Shown piece after piece: positions 20,445 to 31,523 of a stretch of 64,000 nt of DNA (its first letter is position 1; each line of letters starts with the position of its first letter). A program made the translations under genes and the position numbers. The DNA comes from Bacteroidota bacterium (GTDB lineage: Bacteria > Bacteroidota > Bacteroidia > Chitinophagales > Chitinophagaceae). Under the pieces are notes generated by a model. The model was not told the origin of the DNA, searched no databases, and was given only the letters and a program-made list of their open reading frames with translations. The stretch is from positions 5,569 through 69,568 of the forward strand of contig JBANFX010000017.1 of assembly GCA_037975805.1 (NCBI GenBank), given 5' to 3'.

Positions 20445-21539
20445 ATGACAGCAGCAGACATTTTAAAAGCGCTTAGCAATGTGCAAGAACCGGATTTGGG
20501 TAAGGACTTGGTGACCCTTAATATGATTGAAGATATTGTAATTGATGGCAATAAAGTGAGCTTTAGAATTGTATTAACTACACCAGCTTGTCCAATGAAG
20601 GACTTGATGAAAAATGCATGCGAAAATGCCATTAAATTATTGGTAAATAAAGAGGCGATAATTACCGTTGGATTTACCTCAAAAACAACTACCACCCGAA
20701 AAGCCAATGAGACCGTTTTGTCGAAGGTTAAAAATATAATTGCAGTAGTGAGTGGAAAAGGAGGTGTGGGAAAAAGTACTGTTTCGGCAAACCTAGCGTT
20801 GGCATTGGCCGAAGGGGGTGCAAAAGTGGGCTTGATGGATGCCGATATATATGGACCAAGTGTACCTATAATGTTTGGCGTAAGAGGACAAAGACCAATG
20901 ATGAAAGACGCCAACGGAGAAGGGATTATTTTACCTATTCAAAAATTTGGAATCGATTTAATGAGCATTGGTTTATTGGTTGATGAAAAAGATGCAGTTG
21001 TTTGGAGAGGGCCCATGGCAAGTAGTGCAATAAGACAATTCATCACCGATGTAGATTGGGGGGAATTAGATTATTTAGTGATAGATATGCCGCCGGGCAC
21101 AGGAGATATACATTTAACCATTATGCAAACGGTTCCAGTAACTGGTGTGGTAATAGTAACTACTCCTCAAAATGTAGCATTGGCGGATGCTAAAAAAGCA
21201 ATTGCCATGTTTGGCCAAGCAAATGTAAATGTGCCTATTGTTGGATTGGTTGAAAATATGGCTTATTTCACCCCAGCGGAACTTCCTAACAATAAATATT
21301 ATTTATTTGGCAAGGATGGTGGCCGTAATTTGGCGGAGGAGTATGATTTACCATTCTTGGGCCAGGTTCCAATAGTACAATCCATTAGAGAGGGGGGAGA
21401 CGCAGGTGTTCCTGCCATGGTTGGTAATGACGAAATTTCAAAAAAGGCATTGAGAGCAGTTGTATCACAGGCAGTAAGACAAATTGCAATACGAAATGCA
21501 AATTTGCCTAAAACACAAACCATAACAATGGCGCCTTAA
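20445..21539 (+). CDS. mrp: Mrp/ApbC/NBP35 Fe-S cluster carrier ATPase
   Basis: N-terminal DUF59 (LTTPACP), SGKGGVGKST, DADIYGPS, WRG, DMPPGTGD and ENMAYF motifs. Confidence 0.93.
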   Translation: MTAADILKALSNVQEPDLGKDLVTLNMIEDIVIDGNKVSFRIVLTTPACPMKDLMKNACENAIKLLVNKEAIITVGFTSKTTTTRKANETVLSKVKNIIAVVSGKGGVGKSTVSANLALALAEGGAKVGLMDADIYGPSVPIMFGVRGQRPMMKDANGEGIILPIQKFGIDLMSIGLLVDEKDAVVWRGPMASSAIRQFITDVDWGELDYLVIDMPPGTGDIHLTIMQTVPVTGVVIVTTPQNVALADAKKAIAMFGQANVNVPIVGLVENMAYFTPAELPNNKYYLFGKDGGRNLAEEYDLPFLGQVPIVQSIREGGDAGVPAMVGNDEISKKALRAVVSQAVRQIAIRNANLPKTQTITMAP

Positions 21540-21581
21540 TTTTTAGAAATTAGAAAAGAAACAAAATTCAAAAAGTAGCAT

Positions 21582-22277
21582 ATGTCCAATAAAATTATCA
21601 TTGCCATTGACGGTTTTTCTTCTTGTGGAAAAAGCACTTTAGCAAAAGCGTTGGCAGCAAAGTTGGAATATGTCTTTATTGATACAGGTGCAATGTATAG
21701 GGCAATTGCACTTTATTTTTTAAGGAATAACATTTCTTTTCAAGATCAAGAGGCTATTACAATTGCTTTAAATAATATCAAACTTCATTTTGAATACAAT
21801 CCAGCAACTTTAAAAAGTGATATGTTTTTAAATGGGGAGAATGTGGAATTACTAATACGTGAAATGCAGGTAAGTTCAAAAGTGAGTGAAGTTGCTGCAA
21901 TTGAGGCGGTACGTGATTTTGCAGTAGCACAACAACAAGCCATGGGTCAGCATAAAGGGATTGTAATGGATGGTCGTGATATTGGCACTGTGGTTTTTCC
22001 CAATGCGGAGTTAAAAATATTTGTTACTGCGCAACCTGCGATAAGAGCGCAAAGACGTTTTTTGGAATTACAATCAACCGACCCTACCATTACCATGGAG
22101 GCTGTTGCTGAAAATTTACAACATAGAGATCATATAGACAGCACAAGAGAACATAGTCCTTTAAAGCAAGCAGAAGATGCGCTTGTTTTGGACAACAGTC
22201 ATATTGATAGAGCTTCTCAATTTGAAATTGCATTGAGCTGGGCTCAAGAACGTATTGCACAATTGAATGCAGAATAA
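21582..22277 (+). CDS. cmk: Cytidylate kinase
   Basis: IDGFSSCGKST, DTGAMYR and DGRDIGTVVFP motifs. Confidence 0.96.
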   Translation: MSNKIIIAIDGFSSCGKSTLAKALAAKLEYVFIDTGAMYRAIALYFLRNNISFQDQEAITIALNNIKLHFEYNPATLKSDMFLNGENVELLIREMQVSSKVSEVAAIEAVRDFAVAQQQAMGQHKGIVMDGRDIGTVVFPNAELKIFVTAQPAIRAQRRFLELQSTDPTITMEAVAENLQHRDHIDSTREHSPLKQAEDALVLDNSHIDRASQFEIALSWAQERIAQLNAE

Positions 22278-22283
22278 TATATA

Positions 22284-23513
22284 CTAAGCCTGCTGACGCC
22301 AATCATTAATGAGTTCATAAAGGGCTTCTTCCTTTCCAAAATATCCTGCAATTTTATGAATCACCGATTCTACAACTGCATCAGGGCAGCTTGCACCGCT
22401 GGTCATTAAAATTTTTACAGTCTCTTTTTGTGGAATAAAATCATGCATTACCTGTGCTGCTTTATTTTTCCAATCAGTATGAATGATTTCACTTGCGTTA
22501 ACAATTTTACTTGCGTCATCAATAAAATAGGTAGGTAATTTTTGCTCACACAATTCAACTAAATGAGAGCTGTTGCTGCTATTCTTTCCACCCATTACTA
22601 TAGCAAAATCAGCATTGGTTTCTAACAAACCCATAACGGCAGATTGGTTGTCATTGGTGGCATAGCACAATGTATCACGGGTATCTGCGAAATGTGATTC
22701 TAAATTAGCTGAACCATATTTTTCAATAATAATTTTTTTCAAATAATCTGAAATAGCTTGGGTATCAGTAGCCAACTGCGTAGTTTGATTTACGACCCCT
22801 ATTTTTGATAAGTCCTTGGTTGGATCAAATCCTACTGAGTATCTTCCTGAAAAATGTTTTTCAAATGCTGCGATCGTTAATTTACCAAGTATAAAATCTC
22901 CCAATAAGATGGTTTCTTCCATGTCATTCACTATCAAGGTAGGAGTGTTGGCTGCTGCATGAGAAAAAGTGGCCCTTGTTTCCTCGTGTTTGGGTTTGCC
23001 ATGAATAACAATTGAGTAGCCTTTTTTAGCAATCTGCTCACTGCGGTTCCAAACTTTTTCAACAAATGGACAGGTGGTATTGTATTTTTGTATTTCAATT
23101 CCTTTTTCCAAAATTGTTTTTTCCAACTCTAGAGTTGTGCCAAAGGCCGGAATCATAACAACGTCATTGGCTGTTAATTCATCTAATGAAATAATCGCAT
23201 TCCCATTGGTGTCATGTAAAAATTTTACTCCTTTCTGAATAAGGTCTGCGTTCACTTGAGGATTGTGAATCATTTCACTTAATAAATAAATTCTTTTGCC
23301 TTTATTTTCTTCAATGGTTTTATAAGCGATATCAATAGCGTTCTCAACTCCATAACAAAACCCAAAATGCCTTGCTAAATAAAATTGAACACTGCCTAAA
23401 TCCAACAAAGTGGGGCTAAAGTCTTTCTTTAATTTATCGTCCGCTTTTCTTTTTTGCTTAATAGCAGTAATTAATTGGCTACGATATCCTGTGGGCACCT
23501 CAAATTGCTTCAT
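22284..23513 (-). CDS. ispH: 4-hydroxy-3-methylbut-2-enyl diphosphate reductase
   Basis: GFCYGV, EMIHNP, TTCPFV, HEET, TLCYAT, GGKNSSN and SGASCP motifs. Confidence 0.94.
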   Translation of the reverse strand: MKQFEVPTGYRSQLITAIKQKRKADDKLKKDFSPTLLDLGSVQFYLARHFGFCYGVENAIDIAYKTIEENKGKRIYLLSEMIHNPQVNADLIQKGVKFLHDTNGNAIISLDELTANDVVMIPAFGTTLELEKTILEKGIEIQKYNTTCPFVEKVWNRSEQIAKKGYSIVIHGKPKHEETRATFSHAAANTPTLIVNDMEETILLGDFILGKLTIAAFEKHFSGRYSVGFDPTKDLSKIGVVNQTTQLATDTQAISDYLKKIIIEKYGSANLESHFADTRDTLCYATNDNQSAVMGLLETNADFAIVMGGKNSSNSSHLVELCEQKLPTYFIDDASKIVNASEIIHTDWKNKAAQVMHDFIPQKETVKILMTSGASCPDAVVESVIHKIAGYFGKEEALYELINDWRQQA

Positions 23514-23580
23514 TTGTAAACTAATTAAGTTTGTAGATCACAAAAGTACAATAAAATACGGCTTCCTTGCACGGGGAGCT

Positions 23581-23588
23581 TATCTTTG
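23581..23588 (+). promoter_or_regulatory. Bacteroidota -7 promoter element (TATCTTTG), 4 nt upstream of the ABC-F ATG
   Basis: TATCTTTG-cgcc-ATG(23593). The divergent ispH element TACTTTTG lies on - at 23541-23548. Confidence 0.7.
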
Positions 23589-23592
23589 CGCC

Positions 23593-25509
23593 ATGCATTA
23601 TGTATCAGTAGAAGGGCTTACAAAAAGTTATGGAATAACACCCTTATTTAAGGGCATTAGTTTTAATATCAATGAAGGGGACAGAATTGCTTTAATCGCC
23701 AGAAATGGGGTAGGGAAAAGCACCTTATTAAAGATATTATCGGGTAAGGAACATCCAGATGCGGGTACTTTTAAAATTCACAAGGATGTGCATTTGGTCA
23801 TGTTTGAACAAGAGCCTCAGTTTATTGAAACGGCAACGGTGATCCAGAATTTATTTAACCAGGATCACCCAATTATGAAAGCCATTAGTAATTATGAAAT
23901 GGCAATGGAATCGGAGGATGAGGATTTAATTACCAATGCCATTATGGAAATGGAAGAGCATAGCGCATGGGATTTTGAATCAAAAGTTAAAACCATTCTT
24001 ACCCAACTAAATATTCATCATTTGGAGCAACCTGTCTCTAAATTAAGTGGAGGTCAGAGAAAGCGCGTTTCATTGGCAAAAACTTTAATTCAAATTGGTT
24101 TTGAACCCAAGCACGTTTTATTACTGATGGATGAGCCTACCAATCATTTGGATTTAAATATGATTGAGTGGCTAGAAAATTATTTGGAGCAAGAAAAAGT
24201 GACTTTATTACTGGTGTCGCATGATCGTTATTTTTTAGAAGCAGTAACCGATGAAATTTGGGAGTTAGAACGAGAAAAATTATACAGCTATAAAGGGGAC
24301 TACGAAAATTATTTAGAGAAGAAAGCGGCGCGTATTGAATCGGAGTTGGCGAGCATAGATAAAGCAAAGAATACTTTTAGAAAGGAATTGGAATGGATGC
24401 GTAAACAACCCAAAGCAAGAACCACAAAAAGTAAGAGCAGACAGGATAATTTTTATGAGGTAGAAGCAAAGGCTAAGCAAAAGATAGACGACACCAATTT
24501 GCAATTGGATATGAAAATGACCAGGTTGGGCGGTAAGATTATTGAGGCGAAGAAGGTTTACAAATCCTATGGTGATTTAGTAGTTTTAAAAGGGTTTGAT
24601 TATACATTTAGCAAGGGGGAGCGCATTGGTATTGTAGGCAAAAATGGAGTAGGTAAAAGCACTTTTTTACAAATTCTTCAAGGCATAACACAACCTGATA
24701 GTGGAAAGATAAATGTGGGAGAAACCATTGTATTTGGTCATTTTTCACAGGAAGGGTTGGTGTATAAAAAAGACATGCGCGTTATTGAATACTTAAAAAC
24801 CTTTGCTGAGCAATTTCCATTGGCAAGCGGGGGATCCTTAAGTGCGGCACAATTTTTAGAATTATTCCTGTTTACGCCAGATAAGCAATATACTTATTTA
24901 AGTGCCTTGAGTGGAGGAGAAAAAAAACGCTTACAATTACTAACCATATTATTTAAGAATCCTAATTTCTTAATTCTGGATGAGCCAACGAATGACTTGG
25001 ATTTACCAACATTGGCTGTACTTGAACAATTTTTACTGGATTATGCAGGTTGTGTGTTATTGGTATCACACGATAGATATTTTATGGACAAATTAGTGGA
25101 TCACTTATTTATTTTTGAGGGCAATGGAGTGATTCGCGACTATCCAGGTAATTATACTCAGTTTAGAATCTTAGAGAAGTCAAAACAAAGTTATGCAGCT
25201 GTAAGCTCCGATATAAGCTCAGTTAAAGAACATGCTGTGCCCACTACTGAGAAAAAAGTTGAAACTACATTAGTTGCTTCAGAAAAGAAAGTGGTTGAAA
25301 AAATGAGCTATAAGGAAAAGTTAGAATTTGAAACCTTGAATAAAGAGATGCCCGTACTAGAAGAAAAGAAAACAGCATTAACAGCGCAATTAAATAATGC
25401 GAGTTTAAATTACGAGGAAATAATTTCAATTAGCGAAAAACTCTCTGAGGTGAATGCTGCGTTAGAATTAGCTGAAATTAGATGGTTAGAATTAAGTGAA
25501 AAACAATAG
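23593..25509 (+). CDS. ABC-F family ATP-binding protein (Uup-like)
   Basis: Two NBDs (ARNGVGKS/LSGGQ/DEPTNHLD and GKNGVGKS/LSGGE/DEPTNDLD), a P-site-tRNA-interaction linker and a C-terminal coiled coil. Start moved to ATG 23593 because the track start overlaps ispH. Confidence 0.9.
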   Translation: MHYVSVEGLTKSYGITPLFKGISFNINEGDRIALIARNGVGKSTLLKILSGKEHPDAGTFKIHKDVHLVMFEQEPQFIETATVIQNLFNQDHPIMKAISNYEMAMESEDEDLITNAIMEMEEHSAWDFESKVKTILTQLNIHHLEQPVSKLSGGQRKRVSLAKTLIQIGFEPKHVLLLMDEPTNHLDLNMIEWLENYLEQEKVTLLLVSHDRYFLEAVTDEIWELEREKLYSYKGDYENYLEKKAARIESELASIDKAKNTFRKELEWMRKQPKARTTKSKSRQDNFYEVEAKAKQKIDDTNLQLDMKMTRLGGKIIEAKKVYKSYGDLVVLKGFDYTFSKGERIGIVGKNGVGKSTFLQILQGITQPDSGKINVGETIVFGHFSQEGLVYKKDMRVIEYLKTFAEQFPLASGGSLSAAQFLELFLFTPDKQYTYLSALSGGEKKRLQLLTILFKNPNFLILDEPTNDLDLPTLAVLEQFLLDYAGCVLLVSHDRYFMDKLVDHLFIFEGNGVIRDYPGNYTQFRILEKSKQSYAAVSSDISSVKEHAVPTTEKKVETTLVASEKKVVEKMSYKEKLEFETLNKEMPVLEEKKTALTAQLNNASLNYEEIISISEKLSEVNAALELAEIRWLELSEKQ

Positions 25510-25520
25510 TGGTTAAAAAT

Positions 25521-25556
25521 ATGAGGCCTATGTTCAAATAAAATGAGGCCTATGTT
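25521..25556. repeat. Direct repeat ATGAGGCCTATGTT x2 with 22-bp period (AGGCCT palindromic core)
   Basis: Copies at 25521-25534 and 25543-25556. Confidence 0.9.
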
Positions 25557-25621
25557 TTTTATTTGGCGTATATAATATTTTTAATATTGGATATGTTCTA
25601 TTACCAATTAAATTAAATGTT

Positions 25622-26035
25622 ATGAAACCAATTGAAAGAATCGCAATGTACTTGCAGTTTAGAGCAATCACGCCTCATTCCTTTGAAAGAAAAATTCATT
25701 TATCCAATGGATATTTCTCAAAGCAAATTAAAAACCTAGGGTCGGTTGGATCGGACATCCTAGTTAAAATCCATGATAGTTACCCCGAATTAAATATGTT
25801 GTGGGTGCTAACAGGTGAGGGTGATATGATCATAGAGGATATTGAATCCCATCAGGTTTTAAAAGTAAACGAGTTTAGTAACCGTTATGAATCTGAAAAT
25901 CGAAAGTTAAAAAATCTCGAATCAGATGTTGAAAAATTAAATGTTGTTTTAAAAGACAAGGATAAAATTATAGGGCTTTATGAATTTATGTTAAATGGAA
26001 ATAATAAGTTGGGCACAATTGCCGATACCTATTAA
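25622..26035 (+). CDS. Phage CI-repressor-like HTH transcriptional regulator with C-terminal coiled coil
   Basis: N-terminus (IERI...FERKIHLSNGYF...PELNMLWVLTGEGDM) resembles XRE/CI-type HTH domains. The C-terminus has heptad character, and there is no S24 protease domain. Confidence 0.7.
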   Translation: MKPIERIAMYLQFRAITPHSFERKIHLSNGYFSKQIKNLGSVGSDILVKIHDSYPELNMLWVLTGEGDMIIEDIESHQVLKVNEFSNRYESENRKLKNLESDVEKLNVVLKDKDKIIGLYEFMLNGNNKLGTIADTY

Positions 26036-26058
26036 TAGTATGCTTCCCCCAATACAAT

Positions 26059-26090
26059 AAAAAAGCCTCGTCATTTTGACGAGGCTTTTT
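26059..26090. terminator. Bidirectional intrinsic terminator between the HTH gene and gcvP
   Basis: AAAAAA-GCCTCGTCA-ttt-TGACGAGGC-TTTTT. Confidence 0.9.
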
Positions 26091-26107
26091 TAGGTGTCCA
26101 ATACTGC

Positions 26108-28966
26108 TTATGCGTATGAGGCAACAGGTTCACAGGTACAAATTAAATTTCTATCACCATGCGTATTGTTTACTCTAGCAACAGTAGGCCAGAATTTATT
26201 TTCAGTAACATAAGGCAATGGGAAGGCTGCCGTTTGTCTTGAATAATTGTGATTCCACTCCTCTGCGCAAATTACTTTTAGGGTATGTGGCGCATTTTTT
26301 AATGGGTTATCAATTTTATCGAATTGACCATTTTCAATGGCTTTGATTTCATTGTAAATACCAATTAAGGCATCGCAGAAACGATCTAGTTCTGCTTTAT
26401 CTTCACTTTCAGTTGGTTCAATCATAATCGTACCAGCTACCGGGAAGCTCATGGTAGGTGCGTGAAATCCGTAATCAATTAAACGTTTGGCAACGTCTTC
26501 TGCCTCAATGCCTGCAGTTGCTTTAAATGGACGCAAGTCAATGATAAATTCATGCGCACAGGTTCCGTTTTTGCCAGCGTATAAAATGGCATAGCATTTT
26601 TCTAATCTTGACTTCATGTAGTTTGCATTCATAATAGCATAAGCAGTAGAAAGTGTTAAACCTTCTGCACCTAACATTTTAATGTACGCATAACTTATTA
26701 ATAAAATACTAGCCGATCCTAATGGTGCTGCACTTACTGCGTTCGCTCCATTACCATTATAATTATGTCCAGGTAAGAATGGCGCTAATTTATCATTCAC
26801 ACAAATAGGGCCCATGCCAGGTCCGCCGCCACCGTGCGGAATGGCGAATGTTTTATGTAGGTTCAAATGACAAACATCGGCTCCTATATTTCCAGGACTT
26901 GTTAATCCAACTTGCGCATTCATATTGGCTCCATCCATGTATACCAATCCACCTAAATCATGAATTGTTTGGCATATATCAATAATGGTTTCTTCAAATA
27001 CACCATGCGTACTTGGGTAGGTTACCATTAAAGCACCTAAGTTCGCAGCATGCTGAGCTGCTTTTGCTTTTAAATCGGCAAAGTCAATATTACCTGCTTC
27101 ATCACATGCCACAACCACTACTTTAAAGCCAGCCATAACTGCACTCGCAGGATTAGTACCATGTGCACTGATAGGAATTAATACAATATCACGGTGTGCT
27201 TCATTGCGTGCTTGGTGATAAGAACGTATGGTTAATAAACCAGCATATTCACCCTGCGCGCCGCTATTTGGCTGTAAGCTACATGCAGTAAAGCCGGTAG
27301 TCTCACATAAATAAGCGCTTAATTCTTTTGCTATTTCCTGATAACCTAATGTTTGATGACTAGGGGCAAAAGGATGAAGCCCACCAAATGAAGGCCAGCT
27401 AACTGGAATCATTTCGGTGGCAGCATTTAATTTCATGGTACAGCTACCTAAACTAATCATGCTTGTATTTAAGGAGAGATCTTTGTTCTCTAATTGCTTA
27501 ATGTAACGCATCATTTGTGTTTCACTATGGTGCGTATTAAATACTGGGTGTAATAAATAGGCAGAAGTTCTAACTAATTCTGGTTGTATGTTAGCATTTT
27601 TAACAGCCGCATTGGTTGCAGCAGCTTTCTTACCGGTTAATTTTTCAAATAAAGCTACTACGGTTTTAACATCACTTAATGATGTGGTTTCATCTATAGT
27701 AATACTAACACTATTTTTATTAACATAGTTGAAATTTACCTGCGCTTCGTTAGCAATTGTTTGTAAAGCAGCAGTGTCTATTCCGTTTACCAATAGGGTA
27801 TCGAAATAATAATTATTCGTTTGTTGTAATCCTAAGGACTGTAATTGTTGATCTAAGCTTTGAGTTAAACCGTGCACTCTTTCTGCAATTTTCTTTAATC
27901 CTGCAGGGCCATGATACACTGCATACATTACAGCCATATTCGCCAGCAATGCTTGCGCAGTACAAATATTAGAAGTGGCTTTTTCACGCTTAATATGTTG
28001 TTCGCGAGTTTGCAATGCCATTCTTAATGCACGGTTGCCTTGAGCATCTACACTTACCCCAATCAATCTACCTGGCATGCCTCGTTTAAATTCATCTTTT
28101 GTAGCAAAATAAGCTGCATGCGGTCCACCAAAACCCATTGGTACTCCAAAACGTTGTGTATTACCTACCGCAACATCTGCGTTTAATTCACCTGGACTTT
28201 TTAATAAGGTTAATGCTAAAATATCCGCCACTAAAATCACCAATCCGCCTGCAGCATGTACTTGATTAATGAATGTTTCATATGTTTCAATGCTGCCTTG
28301 ACTATTTGGGTATTGTAAAATAGCACCAAAGAAAGTATTGTCAATTTGTGCCGTTTGATAATTACCCTCTACCAATTCAATACCAATTGGATTGGCGCGC
28401 GTCGCTAAAACGTCTTTTGTTTGTTGGAAAATTGAACTGTCAACAAATAGTTTTGGTTGCGCTATCACATCCGATTTATTAACAGCGTTAAAAATCATAG
28501 CCATTGCTTCTGCAGCTGAAGTAGCTTCGTCTAATAATGAGGCATTGGCAATAGGTAAGCCTGTTAAATCCGATACCATAGTTTGATAGTTCAATAAACT
28601 TTCTAATCGTCCCTGAGCAATTTCGGCCTGGTAAGGAGTGTATTGAGTGTACCAACCTGGATTTTCAAAAATATTTCTGAGTATTACGCTTGGCGTAATG
28701 GTACCGTAATAACCTTGGCCAATGAAATTTTTTGCAACAATATTTTTTTCGCCAATGGCTTTTAAGGATTGCAACATTTCAAATTCAGTTAAACCAGTTG
28801 GAATATTCATTGGCTTTTTTAAGCGAATATTATTGGGAACTGTTTTTTCAATTAATTCATTTAAAGAATTTGCGCCAATGCTCGCTAACATTTTTTGTGT
28901 ATCAGCATCACTAGGGCCAATATGTCTTTTGATAAACTCTGCACCGCTCGTACTTGATTGCAACAT
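26108..28966 (-). CDS. gcvP: Glycine dehydrogenase (decarboxylating), glycine cleavage P protein
   Basis: [39 protein letters not shown] (PLP lysine) and HGGGGPG motifs; 952 aa. Confidence 0.98.
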   Translation of the reverse strand: MLQSSTSGAEFIKRHIGPSDADTQKMLASIGANSLNELIEKTVPNNIRLKKPMNIPTGLTEFEMLQSLKAIGEKNIVAKNFIGQGYYGTITPSVILRNIFENPGWYTQYTPYQAEIAQGRLESLLNYQTMVSDLTGLPIANASLLDEATSAAEAMAMIFNAVNKSDVIAQPKLFVDSSIFQQTKDVLATRANPIGIELVEGNYQTAQIDNTFFGAILQYPNSQGSIETYETFINQVHAAGGLVILVADILALTLLKSPGELNADVAVGNTQRFGVPMGFGGPHAAYFATKDEFKRGMPGRLIGVSVDAQGNRALRMALQTREQHIKREKATSNICTAQALLANMAVMYAVYHGPAGLKKIAERVHGLTQSLDQQLQSLGLQQTNNYYFDTLLVNGIDTAALQTIANEAQVNFNYVNKNSVSITIDETTSLSDVKTVVALFEKLTGKKAAATNAAVKNANIQPELVRTSAYLLHPVFNTHHSETQMMRYIKQLENKDLSLNTSMISLGSCTMKLNAATEMIPVSWPSFGGLHPFAPSHQTLGYQEIAKELSAYLCETTGFTACSLQPNSGAQGEYAGLLTIRSYHQARNEAHRDIVLIPISAHGTNPASAVMAGFKVVVVACDEAGNIDFADLKAKAAQHAANLGALMVTYPSTHGVFEETIIDICQTIHDLGGLVYMDGANMNAQVGLTSPGNIGADVCHLNLHKTFAIPHGGGGPGMGPICVNDKLAPFLPGHNYNGNGANAVSAAPLGSASILLISYAYIKMLGAEGLTLSTAYAIMNANYMKSRLEKCYAILYAGKNGTCAHEFIIDLRPFKATAGIEAEDVAKRLIDYGFHAPTMSFPVAGTIMIEPTESEDKAELDRFCDALIGIYNEIKAIENGQFDKIDNPLKNAPHTLKVICAEEWNHNYSRQTAAFPLPYVTENKFWPTVARVNNTHGDRNLICTCEPVASYA

Positions 28967-29080
28967 AAAAGAAGGGTTTTAAATGGCCACAAAGATACTT
29001 AATTATCAAAGCTTTTAAAAGGGTTTTAAAGCTGTTGGGGAAAGCTTGTGGATGACCCTGAAAAGCCTTAATTTTGATAC

Positions 29081-29566
29081 ATGATGGACCCTTCTGTTGA
29101 ACATTTATATGAAACACCAGCCCCTGAGATACTCAAAAAGTTCCAAAACTTTTTAAAAAGGGTAGACAAGCGCGTAATTTTAAAGCAATTGCCTGATTTA
29201 CATGAAGCGGCTTTTGAAAAAATTAACTGTTTGGACTGTGCCAGATGTTGTAAAAATTATTCTCCTCGTTTTAAAATGCCGGATATAAAAAGAATAAGTA
29301 AAGCGATGGGGATGAAGGAAGTGGCATTTATTGAAAAATACTTATCCATGGATAGCGATGGGGATTATGTAGTGCGCACAAAACCTTGTCCTTTTTTAGA
29401 TACAAACAATACCTGCAGTATTTATGATTACCGTCCCTCCGATTGTGAAAGATTTCCTTACACTGACGAAGATGTTTTTTTTAAAAGAACATCCATCACT
29501 ATGAAGAATGCTGAATTCTGTCCTGCAGTACACGATGTAATGATTGGATTATTAGCAAAAGGTTAA
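29081..29566 (+). CDS. YkgJ family Fe-S cysteine-cluster protein
   Basis: CLDCARCC, CPFL...CSIYDYRPSDCERFP and a terminal CP motif. Confidence 0.85.
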   Translation: MMDPSVEHLYETPAPEILKKFQNFLKRVDKRVILKQLPDLHEAAFEKINCLDCARCCKNYSPRFKMPDIKRISKAMGMKEVAFIEKYLSMDSDGDYVVRTKPCPFLDTNNTCSIYDYRPSDCERFPYTDEDVFFKRTSITMKNAEFCPAVHDVMIGLLAKG

Positions 29567-29569
29567 TGC

Positions 29570-30838
29570 TTAGTATTCCATTTTTCTCAAACTTGGTGCT
29601 TTAAACCATGTTGTGAATACTACAAGTAAAGTCATTGAACCACCAAAGACTACGGAAGGAATCACCCCCATTAATTTTGCAGCTACACCACTTTCAAATT
29701 GACCCAGTTCATTGCTGCTATTAATAAACATGGAGTTTACACTCATAACCCTGCCGCGCATATGGTCGGGGGTTTTTAATTGTACAATGGTGCCGCGAAC
29801 AATCATACTAAAACCGTCTAGTATGCCACTTAAAACCAAAGCGGCAAAGGACAGCCAGAAAATTTTTGATAGTGCAAATATGATGATACAAACGCCAAAG
29901 CCGCCTACTGCAATTAATAATTTTTTACCTTGACCAGAGTAAACAGGGAAGAGGGTCATTATAAAAATAATAAGCATTGCGCCAATGTCTGCAGCGGCAT
30001 TAAGCCAGCCAAATCCAATAGGGCCCACATTTAAAATATCTTTTGCAAAAACAGGGATCATAGCAACTGCGCCGCCAAATAAAACGGCAAACAAATCCAA
30101 TGATAATGCCCCTAATAATTCTTTTGTACTAAATACGTATCTCAAACCTTCTTTTACACTCTCCATGGGCTTTTGATCTACTACAATATCAGCGTGAGGA
30201 GGCAAGGGATTAATTTTTGAAATGAATAAAAAACCAATACTCACCAAAGAAACAACTACCATTAAAGAACCGCTATGACCAAACCCAGCAATGATAAATC
30301 CAACGATGGCATGTCCCAAAATAGAAGCGCTTAACCAAATTCCTTGGCTCCAGGTGGTTGCATTTTGTAATAATGGCTTTGGAATAATAGAACCAACAAT
30401 AGTACCAAAACTAGGACCTGTAAATGATCGAATGATGCCGGTACAAAAAATAATAAAGTAAATGCCTATAGCAATGATTAAAGTGTTTTGTTGAGTGCCT
30501 TTGTCTGTTTGATCATTATATAAGGATAAGCCTAATAAAACGAGGGCACATATCCAATAACATACTACGCCTCTTAATAATAATTTTCTTTTTTCACTTA
30601 TATCAATTACATGCCCTGCATATAAAGCAAGTGAGACAGCAGGTATCACTTCGGCAAGTCCAATAAGTCCAATTGCAAAAGGTTCTTTGGTTAATTCATA
30701 AATCCACCAACCTACCAAAGTGCCCATCATTCTTAAACCCATTATAAATAAGAAACGCCCAATCATTAGGTTCCTAAATTCAGTCACCTTCACGGCGCCA
30801 AATGGATCTTGTTTTGTATGGGTGTTTGCTGGTTCCAT
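29570..30838 (-). CDS. MFS transporter (EntS/H+ antiporter-like)
   Basis: About 12 hydrophobic segments; AGHVIDISEKRK, SLDLFAVLFGG and TPDHMRGRV motifs. Confidence 0.85.
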   Translation of the reverse strand: MEPANTHTKQDPFGAVKVTEFRNLMIGRFLFIMGLRMMGTLVGWWIYELTKEPFAIGLIGLAEVIPAVSLALYAGHVIDISEKRKLLLRGVVCYWICALVLLGLSLYNDQTDKGTQQNTLIIAIGIYFIIFCTGIIRSFTGPSFGTIVGSIIPKPLLQNATTWSQGIWLSASILGHAIVGFIIAGFGHSGSLMVVVSLVSIGFLFISKINPLPPHADIVVDQKPMESVKEGLRYVFSTKELLGALSLDLFAVLFGGAVAMIPVFAKDILNVGPIGFGWLNAAADIGAMLIIFIMTLFPVYSGQGKKLLIAVGGFGVCIIIFALSKIFWLSFAALVLSGILDGFSMIVRGTIVQLKTPDHMRGRVMSVNSMFINSSNELGQFESGVAAKLMGVIPSVVFGGSMTLLVVFTTWFKAPSLRKMEY

Positions 30839-30843
30839 TTTTA

Positions 30844-31476
30844 TTAAGGAAGGTTAAAATAATGCTGCCCGTCCTCCAAATCTTTATCTAAAGCATCCGT
30901 AATCACTTTTAAATGCGCCTCATTGTATAAAAAATCGGCATTACTAGCATCAACAAATATGGTTTTTATATTGTGTTGCTTAATATAACTAGTATAAGTT
31001 TCTTGAATTTTAAATAAGTATTCGTCCGGAATGGCTTGTTCAAATTTTCTATTTCTTTTTTTGATGTTGTTTTGTAATCTGTTAACAGGAGCGTGCAAGT
31101 ATATAAGAATATCGGGCGGTGTTAACTGCTGATAAAATACATCAAACATTTTTTGGTATAATCTAAATTCTTCCTCAGGTAAATTTACTTTCGCAAACAG
31201 TAAACATTTAGTAAAAATATAATCCGAAACCATTACCTCTTGGAAAAGGTCTTTGCTTTTAACGAATTCCTGTTGTTGTTTAAAACGTTCAGCCAAAAAA
31301 AACAATTCTAAAGGGAAAGCATACTGTTTTGGGTTCTCATAAAATTTAGTCAAGAAAGGATTTTCCGCAAATTCTTCTAATACTAATTTGGCATTATAAT
31401 GTTGAGATAACAAATGAGATAGTGTTGTTTTTCCTGCTCCAATATTCCCCTCAATGGCTATAAAACGATGATTCAT
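30844..31476 (-). CDS. Deoxynucleoside kinase
   Basis: IEGNIGAGKTT, NPFL, ELFFLAERF, SDY and PDILIYL...RNR motifs. Confidence 0.9.
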   Translation of the reverse strand: MNHRFIAIEGNIGAGKTTLSHLLSQHYNAKLVLEEFAENPFLTKFYENPKQYAFPLELFFLAERFKQQQEFVKSKDLFQEVMVSDYIFTKCLLFAKVNLPEEEFRLYQKMFDVFYQQLTPPDILIYLHAPVNRLQNNIKKRNRKFEQAIPDEYLFKIQETYTSYIKQHNIKTIFVDASNADFLYNEAHLKVITDALDKDLEDGQHYFNLP

Positions 31477-31523
31477 ATTTTTTAGATGCTGCTTGCGTCA
31501 AATATAGCATCTCCAATGCTTTT

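Noticed and set aside
20360-20914. 184-aa minus-strand ORF antisense to mrp, and the other short antisense or nested ORFs in the track
   Set aside because: They lie opposite or inside well-supported genes, show typical shadow-frame composition and carry no recognisable motifs.
23410-23592. N-terminal extension of the ABC-F ORF given by the track
   Set aside because: It overlaps ispH on the opposite strand and lies upstream of the TATCTTTG promoter element. The true start is ATG 23593.
25622-26035. Prophage at the CI-like repressor
   Set aside because: No integrase, att-like tRNA, structural or replication genes are present, and both flanks are core genes.
28967-29080. Glycine riboswitch upstream of gcvP
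   Set aside because: The spacer is only 114 bp and is shared with a divergent gene. The -7 element (28990-28997, minus strand) sits 23 nt from the ATG, leaving no room for an aptamer, and I saw no aptamer consensus.
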